Assembly: GCF_002571385.2 (NCBI RefSeq)
Contig: NW_019217890.1
Coordinates: 94,282 to 158,281 of the forward strand
Direction: 5' to 3'
DNA: 64,000 bases
DNA from: Stylophora pistillata
Taxonomy: Eukaryota
Shown here: one piece after another, positions 49,537 through 63,300 of the stretch
Layout: the number at the start of each line of letters is the position of its first letter
Position numbering within the stretch: position 1 is the stretch's first letter
The notes under the pieces: model-generated
The model's database searches: none
Told to the model about the DNA's origin: nothing
Seen by the model: only the letters and a program-made list of their open reading frames with translations
Made by a program: the position numbers and the translations under genes

Positions 49537-51771
49537 GTTTTCCTGTAAGAAAACGAAAATATTGGACTGTAGTGCAATCATATAAAGTTAATTAACAACA
49601 ATTGTGAGCATTCCCTTTTAACAGTTTTACTATAAAAATTAATCATCTGGCTTGGTAAAACAAATTTTTTGAAAAGGGAGGGATATACAACGTTTTTACC
49701 TCTAAAATCGCTTAAAATTATCTCAGTGAAAAGCCTGTTTTGACCAAACTCCTGGATACTTGGTAAAAGTAATCACCGAACAGAGTCAGTGTAATGCCGA
49801 ATTACGACTCATTGTGCAATTGTGCTCATGGTTACATCATCATCACGTTTCAAAATCAGTATAAATGCCTAAACAAGATATACACTTCTAAGTAGATATC
49901 TCCCTCGTCAAACCAACTCTCTAAGGAATAAAATCGAATCGGTTTTTTTCTCAATTAGAGAATGATTCCTCGATTTTGTTCTAACATGGCCATCGCTCCT
50001 TCTTACACAATGTAAAGAGAAGTTACCGGCAGAAAATGAAAATAAAACACTCATCACTGATTAAAAGCTTTAGTTTCTAAATGGCCATGTACCCTAATGT
50101 AAATATCTATCCATATTTTGAAATCTTGTGATAAGTTGCAGATCCGTGTTGTGTGACATCTGAAGAGGTACTGCCGTATCAAAAGCCTACGTCGATTTTC
50201 CCTGGAAAGAAAGCTCCCATCGAGAATGGTCGACCTGGATTACAGATTCTTACCTCTGTATCATTGTTCGTCAATAGGATCAACGATGGAACCGGTCATG
50301 AATGATGAACTGTCGCCTAAGTTCCATGCCCGTCCAGAGGTCTGAGAATGAGTGGGTCCGAATCGGTAACCAGGGTCACGCGGTAATGAACGATTTCATC
50401 ACTGTTTCAGGGAATAATTCGAACCATTGTACAAGTGCATGTATGTGCAAATTGTCTGCTTCTGACAATTTTTTTCCTCTTTTTGTGATTCATCAGTTAA
50501 AAGCTGAGTTGGATCAGACCTATAAAATAACCTGCAATCTTCTTTTTTGTTTAAAAAAGCTAGCCACCTTTGGGGATAAAGCACTGAATCAAAAGCATTA
50601 CCTTATGCACATGTGAGCACTGGAGTAGTGGGATATAGAAAAGACAGTGAGAACAGAACAAGGAGCAAGATGCTGATTGAAAATTCCAGTTTGTGTCAAT
50701 ATACCATAACACAAAATTTAAATTCATGAGCAAATTTGACTCCATACTAAGTCTCAAACTACAAACACATTCAATTTCTTGCTGTTCACCCTGGGTTTCT
50801 ATTAGACTCAAAGCCACCTACAACAGTTTAACTTAAAAAAAAATTTTCTCCAGTCATCAAACCCTAGCAGTCTAAGTTTCTGATAAATAGCTATTTGAAG
50901 TAAGTGTAAAGGTACTCAGAAAATAGTATAATATTTATAGCTCTTGCTGCATTGTTTAAATATCGAGTTGCCCTAGTCCAGGCTTACAAAATGTCCTAAT
51001 AATTAATAATTAAAAAACTACAGTAAAAAATGATGGATTATGGATGACAGCATAACGGCATGACTAAAATTTGATATCCATACTAGCTACATACAAGAGT
51101 TAAAAAACAACATATTTTGCCTTGTTATCATTCCCAAGTTATTCAAAGGAACCATAATGATAAAAGTGAATTTCTTTGGAATTCATTTCTAATCCAAAAT
51201 TATTCTAACAAGTAAGACTTCAATGATGATCAACAGCTTCAAGGCTTCTAAAAAGTAATGGTCTATACATGAAGCTTGAAGTAATGGCTCTTTCAGAAAT
51301 TAATGAAGTAACCACTCTCTGTTTGATGGAAGACTATGTCATAACTGGTTATAATCACCCTGGGTGAGGGCAAAATAAAACTGGAGCTCTAATTTTCAAT
51401 TTCAAGCAGTCACCCTGATAATAACCTGAGATATTATACTGAAGCTATAACTCTCCTTGCGCTTATTGAATGTTGCTGAAAAACCCTGTCTGCTTTATCT
51501 CAGGAATCACTCGACAATAGTCACTTTGCCTTTAGGAAATGATTGTTAATTAGAACAAAAATTATTGAAAATTCTGTTTGCATATGAAATGGTTCAAGTC
51601 AGGAGATAATGTGGGCCAATTCAAAATTTGTGAATGATTACACCTACGATTGTTCATTACTTGGAAGTTGTGATCTGCAGTTAGTGATAAAAAAAAAATT
51701 GACAGCCACAAAAAAGCATATCCTTGTTTACACCACCAATGAATTCATGTATGTAGGTGAAAACACAACTG

Positions 51772-51952
51772 CAGGGCTTGACACTAACAGTAGCCAACTA
51801 GCCACAAACTAGTAAAAATTCAGATTTGGCTAGTGCTTTTCGATTTCCACTGGCCAGTTTGGCTAGTAAACAAAACTGAAATTGTTGTAACATCTAAGTT
51901 GTCACTAGTCACTGCATGGGCTAGTAAGTTAAAAAGTTAGTGTTGAGCCCTG
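51772..51952. mobile_element. MITE (hAT-like ends)
   Basis: CAGGGCTTGACACTAAC ... GTTAGTGTTGAGCCCTG. Confidence 0.6.
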
Positions 51953-52129
51953 AACCATGTGCATAACAGTCCATGATAAACTTCAAAAGACATACAGCTT
52001 TAAGAAACATCAAATGTAAAAGGATTAAAGGAACAGAGTGGAGCAGTTTTCAACTGACCATACACAGTAATCCTGAATTGTCTTGTTTTTACTTCACTTC
52101 ACTCTCTGAATGGTCCAGATACCACTCAC

Positions 52130-52349
52130 AATAGGCCATTTTACAGTTGTGTACTTAGTTGCCAAGCCTTTGATTCAGAGTGAGGCCGAAGGTGACCTTG
52201 TTGTGATAGAGACCTGTATCTACTTGGTATGATAACAAAGTGATTTACATTTGAAAGGCAGCAAGATTTGTATCATAACAAGGTCAACCCTAACCTCACT
52301 CCCACTCAAAGGCTTGGCAACCAAGCACCCAACTGTAAAATGGACTATT
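52130..52349. mobile_element. Fold-back MITE
   Basis: AATAGGCCATTTTACAGTTG..TTGCCAAGCCTTTGA ... TCAAAGGCTTGGCAA..CAACTGTAAAATGGACTATT. Confidence 0.75.
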
Positions 52350-52637
52350 CTCTCATTGGAAACCTGAAGCATATCAAGACTGTTACATTTTTTCATTATC
52401 TAATAAGCTAAGTTTTGGTCTTAAGATATTCAATTTCATAGTCCCCTGTTAGGGCTGCGCTTTCCTCTATGATTTCAACTCTGGTAAAAAACAGGCTTTA
52501 GAAGAAATTGGGTGCTGAATGATAAAATCCAAGACATGTGAGATGCTGAATCCAGCTACAGAACTTCTTAATTGTGTTTTGAATATTGCAAGGTACTATT
52601 TACGACATGGAAATGTTTTTTTGGAGTTGCACAACTA

Positions 52638-53489
52638 TCAGAGGTCTTTGCTTTCCTGAAGATACGTTTTCTTGTAATTTGTTCCATCTCCTGGCAAAGC
52701 TGAACTTACAGTGGGCCAGATCCAAGCTAAATACCACCTCTCTCCAAAGACGTCTAAGAAATTTTGCTTCCAACCAAGGTCGTATTCTTTTTTTTTCTTC
52801 TTTCTCTCCTACGAAGTTTGACCGCGGGAAATAATTCCAATTTGAAAGAGCAGCAAGCCACTAAAGAGAATGAACGCAAAAATGGAAAGCCCCGTCATAA
52901 AGGAAACGAAAAATCCGTAAAGAGTTGTGTACCCTAACATCCACATTAGGATTGGAGTCACCATGGTAAGCACTGTTGCAAAACTGAAACTGCCAATTTC
53001 CGACGTCACATATTCATGATGAAAAATATTGGCATAAAGAGCTCCTAACCAAAGGTACAACGCTAGAAACATGTAATAGCGATAATTCCTGAAGCCAACA
53101 CATTTCCCTGCGAAAACACAATGGTGATCTCGCTTCAAAACACATTCATTGCAGACTTGACAATGATGTGCTCTTGGAGGTGAATTCAGCTGACAGAAAG
53201 GACAATACGACCAACCGGGCTTCAATACAGACGGCATTCCCAGATTTTTTCCTGTTGTATCCGTTGTGATCAAAAAGAAAAAGTTGGCGAACACGTTCAA
53301 CCACAAGAAAAACCCGGAAAACACGTGTAAATACCACCATGTAGAGAACGCTTCGTGGTAGAGCGGTAGCACAACAAAAAGTTCGAAGAGTGCTATCACC
53401 CAAAGCATAACGATCATGAATAAGAATGCTACATAATCGGAGGATTTCTGAGGAATGTACGCTTGCAACCAGCCTTTTTCCCTCTCCAT
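52638..53489 (-). CDS. ZDHHC24: DHHC palmitoyltransferase, ZDHHC24-like, single coding exon, containing an in-frame TAG at 52811-52809
   Basis: CPFCQLNSPPRAHHCQVCNECVLKRDHHCVFAGKCVGFRNYRYY plus 4-5 TM segments. After RGQTS* the same frame continues ERKKKKKEYDLGWKQNFLDVFGERWYLAWIWPTVSSALPGDG.. to TGA at 52640-52638. Confidence 0.85.
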
Positions 53490-54062
53490 TATCGCCACGG
53501 ATGTACAAATAAATATAAATTTTCAACTCGACGCTCAGCTCAAGCGAGGGAAAAATTAACGCCCGGGCGTCCCCCGGGAAGAGTACTGAGGTATTCAGCG
53601 GACACGCGCCTAAGGCTAAATGTTCTATGTAAGTGTCACAGAAAACTCAACGATGGAATTGAAAAATGACGTAAAATGTTTCCCGCGCGAAATGTAACTA
53701 TCACTAGTGAGACTATTGATGACTCACGTCCTGTAAAGTCCCACAACAGCCTGCTTTACGGGAAGATTCGTGCACAGTGATGTAGTTTATCTTTGTCCAA
53801 TTATTGAAAAAAGAAAAGGACAACAAGCATGAGAGAATGGAAAATGAATAATGGGATAATAAGAGATGAGATAAAATAAAATATGAGTAGTGTAGATGGG
53901 TCCAGATGCCGAATCTGCAACCCCTCTCATGGGAGGGGGATAAGATACGTGGGCATATAGAGAGGGGGAAGTAAATGCAATCATACAAAAGAAATAAGAA
54001 TATATATAAAAAAAATGCTTTGCGTTTTATTAGAATTTTTTCAATTATTTTCAATGTAAAAA

Positions 54063-55631
54063 TTAATTGATGTGTTTTGTAACCACTGAATCCATCCTTC
54101 GGTAATCAGGCCACTGTTTCTGAGTATCATAGCCAAGAGTTCTCATAACAGGAGCAATTCTGTTGGTACGTTCCAATAAAGATGATGAAAGTCTTTCAGA
54201 CCATTTGTACAGTGCTTTCAAGTTTACAGCTTCTTTCACTTGATCGGTTGACTTTTCAAGGCTGAAAATTATGAAACAAAGAAACAAGCGTAGGCATAGA
54301 TACTATATACGAAAAAGAAGAAAACTCTATGATTTTTTCTTTGCCCTTTAATTGCAACTCAGGAAGAGGGGCACACCTTCAGTCTTCCAGTAAAACTATG
54401 GCAAGCAACACTCCTGCCAGAGAGCTCTGATTCGTGTCCAATGGCCCCTTGGTCACTAAAACGCGAAAGGAATTTGAGTGGTACGCACGTACAATGATTA
54501 AGATAACAGCATTGGGAAGGCTTCGAATGCCTACTCACCCCCTCTCGCGATACCAAAATGAGCCGGGATCTGAACGAGTTCGCATAACTCAGGAAAAGTC
54601 GAATCTTCCTGCGCAATGATTCTTGCGTAATTAGTAACTTTTCACGGTTAGAATCGCAAGAGTCGAAAAGGATATCGAAAAAATGTAAACGAGGATTTTC
54701 ACGATTGCCTGAATCATCTACGTGCATGATTTCACTGACCTACACATTGCATGCAATATTCGGTGTTTTTGTCCGATCAAACAATGGCTGCTTTTTACCT
54801 TGATAGGATGACACCTCCTGATTTCCCTATCATAGTTTCATGATGGATCACCACGTCATTCCAAGGAACGTCCAAAAATTCTAGGACCATTTCCATGCTC
54901 TCTGCAGGGAACAGCACCAGATGTTCATAAGGAATTCTCAAACACCTTGAATGACCTAAAGCTACGCACTGAGCGTTCATCTCACCTGTGGCATCATTCC
55001 ATGTTCGCAATAAAATTTCTGGACGATGATTGTTGACGCCTCGAATAACAACTCCTCTCTCCATTATGGAGTGGACAACAGCGCGTCCGTCTCTTACCAT
55101 GAAAACAAATTTGGATTTAGGAAATATTCTGGCTAGATAGCTAAGATTCCTGAAAGTTAAAGGATCGTTGTTGCACAGTCTTGGCGCGGGATCGCCATGT
55201 TTAGCAATGATTTCTCCTATGAGCGCGGCCACTGCGGAATCCAACAGCTCTTGAGTCACACCAGCTTCCTCTCTTCGTTGCTTTTCCCGCTCGCTGAAAA
55301 GGCTGAATATCTTTGGAATACCCACAAGGATTTTCGGTATCACCCTTGTCTCCTGCCCGCATCTGATTTTAGGATGCGCATCCAGCATGGCTCTCATGAG
55401 AGTGGTCCCACTTCGCGGAAAGCCACCGACGAAAATAAGAGGAGTAGAACGGTCCACGTGATGTTGTAATGGAGGATGACCATTATCTACTGTTGATACT
55501 GTGTGGACGTCCTTGTTTTCTTCATGTTTACAGGACCTTGACAACAGCCTTAACAAGAAAATGGTCATGAGCGATGAAAGGCCGCACGCGACAGCGAGAA
55601 ATTTCCAAAGTTTCCGTTGTGACAAGTACAT
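54063..55631 (-). CDS. TPST: Protein-tyrosine (tyrosylprotein) sulfotransferase, type II Golgi membrane protein, 2 exons
   Basis: Exons 55631-54799 and 54261-54063. N-terminal TM, PLIFVGGFPRSGTTLMRAMLDAHP (5'-PSB), RCGQETRVIP, MVRDGRAVVHS (3'-PB), YEHLVL, EKSTDQV, IAPVMRTLGYD. Confidence 0.92.
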
Positions 55632-57397
55632 GTTAGCAGTAATTCTAATATCAAACGTTTCGATGCCATAAACGTAATCTTGAGAAGTTTGCAACAGTGG
55701 ATTTGAAAGCTTACCACTTTAGCACAGTATATTTTAATTAGTCGACCTTTGACAGTGTTGAAACGCCAGCGACTATGTTCCTTCTTCTCAAATGATTTCA
55801 ATGGATTCTTTTTCAACCGGGTCAATGCATTGAAGCCGAACTGGTGGACGAGACAATGACAAGTTTCAAACCATGCGCTGAGTCTGGCTACACTTTCAAC
55901 TGAAAGAAACGGTTCTGTGATTTCGATTCGTTCAAAATTTTCGATGGAATACACGCAAACTCAAGAGTTCCAGTTCAGATGATTTCAAAGGGAACCTTGC
56001 TACCGCAGCGGATTTCAGTTGGGTGACCTTTGGCAGTGTTGAAATCTTCACGATTATTATCTGACTTCTCAAATTAATTAAATTTTCTTCGAGCGTCGTT
56101 CTTCAACAAAGCGCCGTCGTTTATAGGAAACCCGCAAACACCTGTCGCTACCCGATCCACGGCATCATCGAACCTTTAATTTGTTTTAAGACATTTGTGG
56201 TATGTTTATAGGTTTCCGTAAATATCATTATACTTCCCAGCTGGATACACGTTGCCTTAAATTTGAAACCTCAGCTGTTGCTTGGTCACAAACTGAGAAC
56301 TGGTTTGCTAAGACAATAGGCAACAGGTAAAGACATTGAACACAACCAAAACATACAAAAAACTACACTTGCACCCGCAGACTAAATTTTATTGGCCAAT
56401 CTCTTCACCTCTCAAGTGAAACAGGCCACATGATTTTAAGCCAATGTCGGTGCACTTCACACCAGTGGAATCAAGTGTTCTAATTGGTGCCTTTGAGTAT
56501 CGCTCCCGGTCCCCGAGCCAATTTCTTGACACAGTCACATACAATAGCTTTGACAAAGCAGTTTAATCTACAAGTACTAAAATTATTATAGAAATAAACT
56601 ATTTCAATCAAAATACACTACTATTATGCAAGTATACCGTTAAAAAAATTCTGTTCATAATTTATAACGTTTATCGTTAATAATGGTTTTCTGCTCACTG
56701 AAGTTAAGAGATAATTAAATTCATCTTTCCTCGCTTTATCTTCTTACGTTAATATTTCAATAATACTGATTTTATGTGCGACTATAAAATTAACTATGAA
56801 ACAACTCCTTGATTCTGATCTCAGAAAAATGTACAGTAAATACATCTGGCACAAGCAAATGGAATCAAGATCATCTCCAACTATACAAAATATCATAAAT
56901 AATGTTTCAAAAATCAATTTTGTTTGTTATAGGGCTGTAAAAATGGAATGTAAATGAAAGTTAAAAGCTTATAGCATTTAAAAATAATAAAAAAATTGCA
57001 CAGGGTGCTACATTCGGCAATCCGTTTGCTTAATAAGTATATTAACTTTGGAGCTTGCATAAGATTGGTAATAACAGCCACTGATAAATTTTGTCATATA
57101 ATTATATATATCCATATACTTTTTTTCCCTATCTTCTTGCCATGCTTTGATACGCGCTTTGTTGTGTGTTGCTGACCAGTGGGATTTCCAACAGCAGTGC
57201 AGCGAGTGATGTATTACAAAGATTCAACTACATCCACAACAGCTACTGGCGAGTAGAATGGAAAGGGAAACATATCGTTATCGGAGTCCAGGTTATTGAA
57301 GACATTCGGAAATGTTACCAATATGTTCAGGTGGTCGAAGCTTGCCGTAACTTGCAGCTCCTTAGTCAACTCGAAAAAGGGCAGATTGGCCTTTAAA

Positions 57398-60300
57398 TTA
57401 GAAGATCTGGTGGGGCTTTTTTGTGCTAAGTCCATTTTTTCCTGATGCTTTGCTATTGAACAAGTCGCGGATGAGGGCAGACTTCTCAGTTTCCAGTTGA
57501 GCAATTTTGCCTCCCTTCTCAGAAACCTCCTGGAGATGAAAGAATATGTTTATAAGTAACACGAATCAATGTTCCTTCGTGGCCTCAAAGTAACTCTGTT
57601 TATCAAGAATCTGAAGGTGAAGTAAGCAGATAATTAACAGAATTAATTATTAATTGAACAGCTCTTAACACTTAATTCAATTCCTATGAGTGACAATTAA
57701 GACAGAATTCCTCCTCACAGTATCAATATGATATCAAGCAGACAACCTCGTTCCCAGGGTCTCTCGACTTCCCGCACTGCTCCAGGGGTCGGGAAGATGA
57801 GAGACCCTGCGAACGAGGTTAATCCAGCAGACAGGTGAAAGGAATAGAAAATTAGCAGTCCAGTAGCAAATTCTCCAAACTAACAATCATTATAAGAATT
57901 GTATAGTAATGCAGTGCCCAGTGGCCGCCTTACTTTTGCTCTTGGGAAACTCAGGAATCTTAATTCTTTCATAAAAAGCATACGCTGGCCATCCTGGATT
58001 TCACAGTTTCAGAGCACTGGGCTCCCTTCAATTTTCCTTAGAGCATAGCCTTGGTAAGGGGAACTATTAATGAGAACTTGGGAATGAAAGGGTAAAAAAA
58101 GGACTGCTATAAAAAAAAATGCAACAAAATTGAAATAGAGAGACACAAAAAGCACTAGTACTAAGTTTACCAGGGAGGCACTTGTTACTTTTGCTATTCA
58201 GAAAATTGATAAAAAGTTTATTTAAGGCTAAAAACTTGAAATATATTAATAAAGAACAATAAAAATGAGATGAAATAGAAATATTTCTACACTCTAAGAT
58301 TTAGCCACATAAACAGGCAACTGCAGCCACATATGAGAGCTAAAAGTACCATGAATGCTAGAAAAAGGCTACAGTTAAATTATTCAATAGAGACCTTTTT
58401 GAGACGTTCGACTTCATCTTGCAGCCTTTGTCTTTCATTATTAGCATCTGAATTTGAAGTTGGTGATGCCTGAGGAAAAAAAAATTATCCATATTATTTG
58501 AAGGAGGTTAAGCATCAGAGCAGGATGAAAGGCCAAAATTTCTCTGATTATAATCAATCCTGAGAGTCAAACTTGGGATGATAAAAGCAAGTCAGATACC
58601 TTCACTGGTGCTTTCCCTTCAATGATTCTTTCTAAAGACTGATTAACACTCTGTATGTGATGTTTGTGCTCTTTGAAAGAGTCATCATCCAAACCAAGTT
58701 CTCTTCTTCTTGTCTTGTGGAGTAAAAGTTCATACTGAAACTGCAGGAGGGTAGAAGAACACAATAAACACATAACATCCAAAACTTAGCCTGGACTGGC
58801 AAAAAAGTTCAGAAATCTTTTCTTAGTAACTAGATGCATAACTACGTGAACTCTGGCTTCTTTGCTTTGGAATATTTACAAAGGCATGTAATCTGATGAA
58901 GAGTGTTAATTGTTTAATTTACATTAATTTTTGACAAATTTAAGCGAGATACTTGATGATGCTCATGGATAGGTTTTAAGCTTACATTAGATAGTTCAGT
59001 AGATGGTTAGTTTGATATAGCATAGTTCTTGATAGAAGGTTCATTAAAAAATATTCGTTTGTAAGTTGATTTCTATTGGACTGACGCAATCTGAAAACGC
59101 TCAACATCTTTTAGTGTGAGTCTACCCCAAACAGTGTTTTTGTGTGTAGTTTGAGCATACAGGAAGACATGTTTACTCTTGAATCACGGGGCATCTCTCT
59201 GGCCGCCATGATAACCATGCACTTTGAAGTTTACCTGGGTATATACTTCCTGATTGAATGCCGTATAGTTGTTTTCTTACTGTGCAACTGAAAAAGCATA
59301 CTCAGCACAGCTTTACTTGCTAGACTGCGTTTTGTGTCTCAAGATGGAAAATAACGAAGCCCAATTTATAACTTGGGCATTCCACAGGTAGCCCGAGTAA
59401 TTAATAAAATTGTAAGCCCTACAGACCTTTTGCAACATGCACGGTGTTCATTTTGATTATGATTTCTGTTAGAGTTCTTTTTTTTTTGTTAATATGTCAA
59501 TTAGCACTTTTTGCCATGCTTTAATTTGCATCATCAACAATCCTGGCTATCTTTACTGGTTTGCTGTGGGCCAAAAAGGCTCCTTTGCATGTTACCATTC
59601 TCATCACAGAATGCTTTTCTCAGCTAACAGATTAAAGTGAATAGCAGATATCATGGAGTCATGCAGCCATGCATGTGCCTCCTCTATCAAGTGAAAACTT
59701 TATTTTTCTGGTTCCCGAGTAGAAATTCTTCCTACGGTCACAATACAAAACTACATGAATGAACTGCTTTTACATATCATTCTCAAGTCATTCCAAACAA
59801 GTTAGAGACGTACGTGTTCAAACCTGTGATGCAATATTATCATGATGATGACAGCATGAATTATACCTGTTCTAGAGAATACTGGTCACCATTTTGAAGG
59901 TGCAACTTCTCTTCCTGAATAGCTGTGATTCTTTTAAAATACCACTTTCTAGCTTTTTCGATGACCTGAAGACCATTTTGTAAAAGGTCATGCTCATCAT
60001 CAAGCTCTTGTAATCTAGCATCCTGCAATATAACAGGAATAAAGAATATTCTCAGCATTCTTGATTTGAAATCAAACCAGAGATATGGTATGACCAATAA
60101 AGTTAATTCAAGGCTCTATTACTGTACTTACATTTTAATTAGGACTATTAATGGACAGCATTCACTTTTCAAGAGAGATTGAACATGGCCACCATCAAAA
60201 TAAATCAAAGAGTAACAAAGAAGCAAAGAGACAAAAAACTTTGATGTCAAATCATTGAGTTTGAGCACCAACATTGGACCCTTAAAGCTAGTCTCTTTGA

Positions 60301-63300
60301 TCTTAAGGATTTTCAATATCTCCCTCATACTTAATATGTGCATGATGTCATTGTACAATGTAAGTTGCACAAAGTGTTCTTCTGCAGTGTTCACCCACTT
60401 CTAGCAGCCTACCTACAACAAAATTTATGAAAATTGCATTTTCCAACCAAAATAACCCTTACCAAATCTTATTTGAATGGATTGATACATGTATACAGTC
60501 AATATTTGTTGAATAGTTGTCAAACAAATTACTGTACTCTTACCTAGGGCATAATATATTACACACGCATGCAAAGAATTTGTTTTAACCATAAGAACCA
60601 CTTTGGAGAACAAAACTGCCCTAAGATTATCAATATTGAATACTTAATCAATAACCAATATCCCAGAGACATATGTCTGTAAACATGACTACTTACTATG
60701 AAGGACAATAATAATTTAATCAACTAATTTTTTAATCACATTAATAAATTTGATTGCTTCTAATAAGAAATGATACACTAAAATTTGTTATATATGCTTT
60801 ATATTCTGTATTTCAATTGAATAGTGGGTTATTAAAAAAAAATTAAGTTTTAATCAAAATATAAAAATTAAGCTCAACATTTGGTTTAAGCAGAGAGTGC
60901 TTTAATTCCAAGGCTGCCATTTGATTTATTTGCTTCAGATTTTGTTAAACTGCATGAATTTCATGTGCCCAATTGAGGACTCTTTTGTAAATCACTTATC
61001 AGTGAAATTGATATCTTCAATAAAGATTATTATCACATCACAATTTCTTTACTTCTAAGTCTGTTACAGGCATTTTATTCCACTACAAAAGAAAAAACCT
61101 TGGGTAAACTCATACTTCTTTACAGATACAAAGTACAAGTGAAGATACAGATATGATCTTCACAGGCGAGCTAGAATTTAAATAAATTTCAGAAAATAAG
61201 CCTGCAAAATTTCAGGCTTTGAGTGGATTCAAATGCAATATTTTCTCACAGATACTACAGTAGTTGGGCCCTTCTACCAACTGAACTACAAAGCCACATG
61301 TTGGGAGTGAGGCAAGTTACACAAGCTCATGAATTACCTTGTCAAAATTCTGGATTTCAGTGGTGGCAGCAGGATGTTTAATGTGTCCATTTAAATTTGC
61401 TGGTACACTACTGCTGATTTCTTTACCAACAAAGTAAACCTTTGTCGTAGAATTTGATCTTCCTTTCGGGCTTCCATTTGCAGATGATGGACCTGCAAGT
61501 GAATACAAGCATGAAATCAGTTTGGCACACGCAGTGACAATTCACTGAAAATAATAGAAACATTTTAAACAGTTTGAATTTCTCCTGAAAGGAACAGCAT
61601 GGTCTCCCTTTTTTTAATAGTTTTGTTTCTTTTTTTAGCTGAATTAACATTTAGCAGAATTGCTTATACCAGTTCTGTAATCAGTCTAGATCTTTGTACT
61701 AGAGTCCTAAAAAACCTAAATTATCTCACAGATGCCGACTTGAGTCAGTCAGTAATTAGGGTAGTCTCTTTTCTACGACTTCACAACAGAAAGGGCATGC
61801 CTCATACCAAGAATGCAAACAGGGTCTAGTTTGTATGATGTAGAATACTATGAGAAATCATGGGTTTAACAAACAAATTATCCAACATTAAAGCCAAAGT
61901 TGTCAGCCCTTGCAATGGGTCTCAAATCTTGTTTACAAAGCATTCTACTTCTACTCAGAAGTTTCAAATTCCTTTCGGTTCTCTAAGTCCAGGATTAAAA
62001 TTCCTACAGCTGAGGGTCTCAGTCAAAAGGTAGCTGTCCAGAAAGAAAAGCTCCGGAATAAGCTTTGTGTATACAATGTATCCTTATGCTGTCATTTGAA
62101 AATATTGCAAAGAGGAGGTTGCTTTGCAAAACGGAGTGGACAAAGAGAGAATCATGTAACTAGAACTCAATATTTCCTTGTCATTTATAATTCTTGTAAA
62201 AATTGAAGTAAATTGGTGTCATTGAGATTTGTATATAGTCAACACAAGTTGTGTACATGTATGTAGTTTCTGTCTGATTTACAAACTGGGGTCTAAGTGC
62301 AAGCTTTCATTTTCCTATTTCCCACCTATTCTGATGAAGATGCTGATTATTTATTTATTTATTTTTTTGCCCTTAAGAGGGATAGAATTCCAACCATCAC
62401 TGGTAACACCCCTTCAATAAAAATTAACAATAGTAAGCATCCCTTTTCTTCCTCCAACGTCCTTCAACGTATATATTGTGATCAGATGCAGTTGGTCAAA
62501 GATTTGATGTAGTTCAGAAACCTAGCATAGTGTATTGGAGTGCTTGAAAATTATTTCCATAATCTCGTAAAAAATATTAGACATTGCAAAATGTGGGTTA
62601 GCTTGAGGGCCTTAAAGCCAAGATGCCCGTCTACTAAGAGTGGATGAGAAAATCCAATATTTTCTTGAAAGAGGTTAAAGGGTAGAAGCTCTTGTGAAGT
62701 GAGGATGTATATTGACATCGTAGAGGATATATTTAAGACAATGCTGCACCATCCTGCTTATATTGCTGCATTACCCTTGCTTTCAACATCCTCTCCTGTT
62801 TTAAGTTTATTTCTAGAACTACCTGTAGCATTTCTAATTTAAGCAACGGATGCTTCCTTGAATTTTTTTGAAAAGCTTATTTTGTTTATCACAAAAACGT
62901 AATGTGGCGTATGTTTAGACAAGGCTCAATTACATAAATTTCTAGAAAGAACCACAGCAGGCCAAGACATGAAATCTGTAATCGCAGAGAGTTGACTAAT
63001 CTCTACAAGAATTCCAAAATGTTAGTTAATATTGTTATCAATCACACGCAACAAAGAAGCTATGTCATATTGGCAATGTAAAATAAACACTTTTCCATGG
63101 CTGAAGATGTTGGCGTTATAATGGCCTGAACAGTCCAATTTTAATGTTTTGACGCATTGTTTAGACATAATCGAGGTCGTCATGCAGAGAGGCCACCTGG
63201 TATTTTGATAACCGTGATCTCTATTGTGTTCAATTATCTGGTGTTGCTTACACATTTGGCACGTTCAATTTTCGTGTCCAAAGTCAAGATTATAACTAAA

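Noticed and set aside
46635-49581. Bacterial contamination, or two separate genes
   Set aside because: The two ORFs join in frame through a canonical GT-AG intron and sit among host repeats and genes.
52809-52811. Selenocysteine or pyrrolysine recoding of the ZDHHC24 stop
   Set aside because: Sec uses UGA, not UAG, and pyrrolysine is not known in animals.
54359-54727. 122-aa ORF nested in the TPST intron
   Set aside because: No recognisable motif or splice support.
57214-57504. 96-aa minus-strand ORF
   Set aside because: It overlaps the SAPCD2 last exon in a different frame; the conserved frame stops at 57398.
59861-60022. APC tumour suppressor
   Set aside because: No armadillo repeats follow, and the gene ends with the SAPCD2-type QLETEKSALIRDLF coiled coil.
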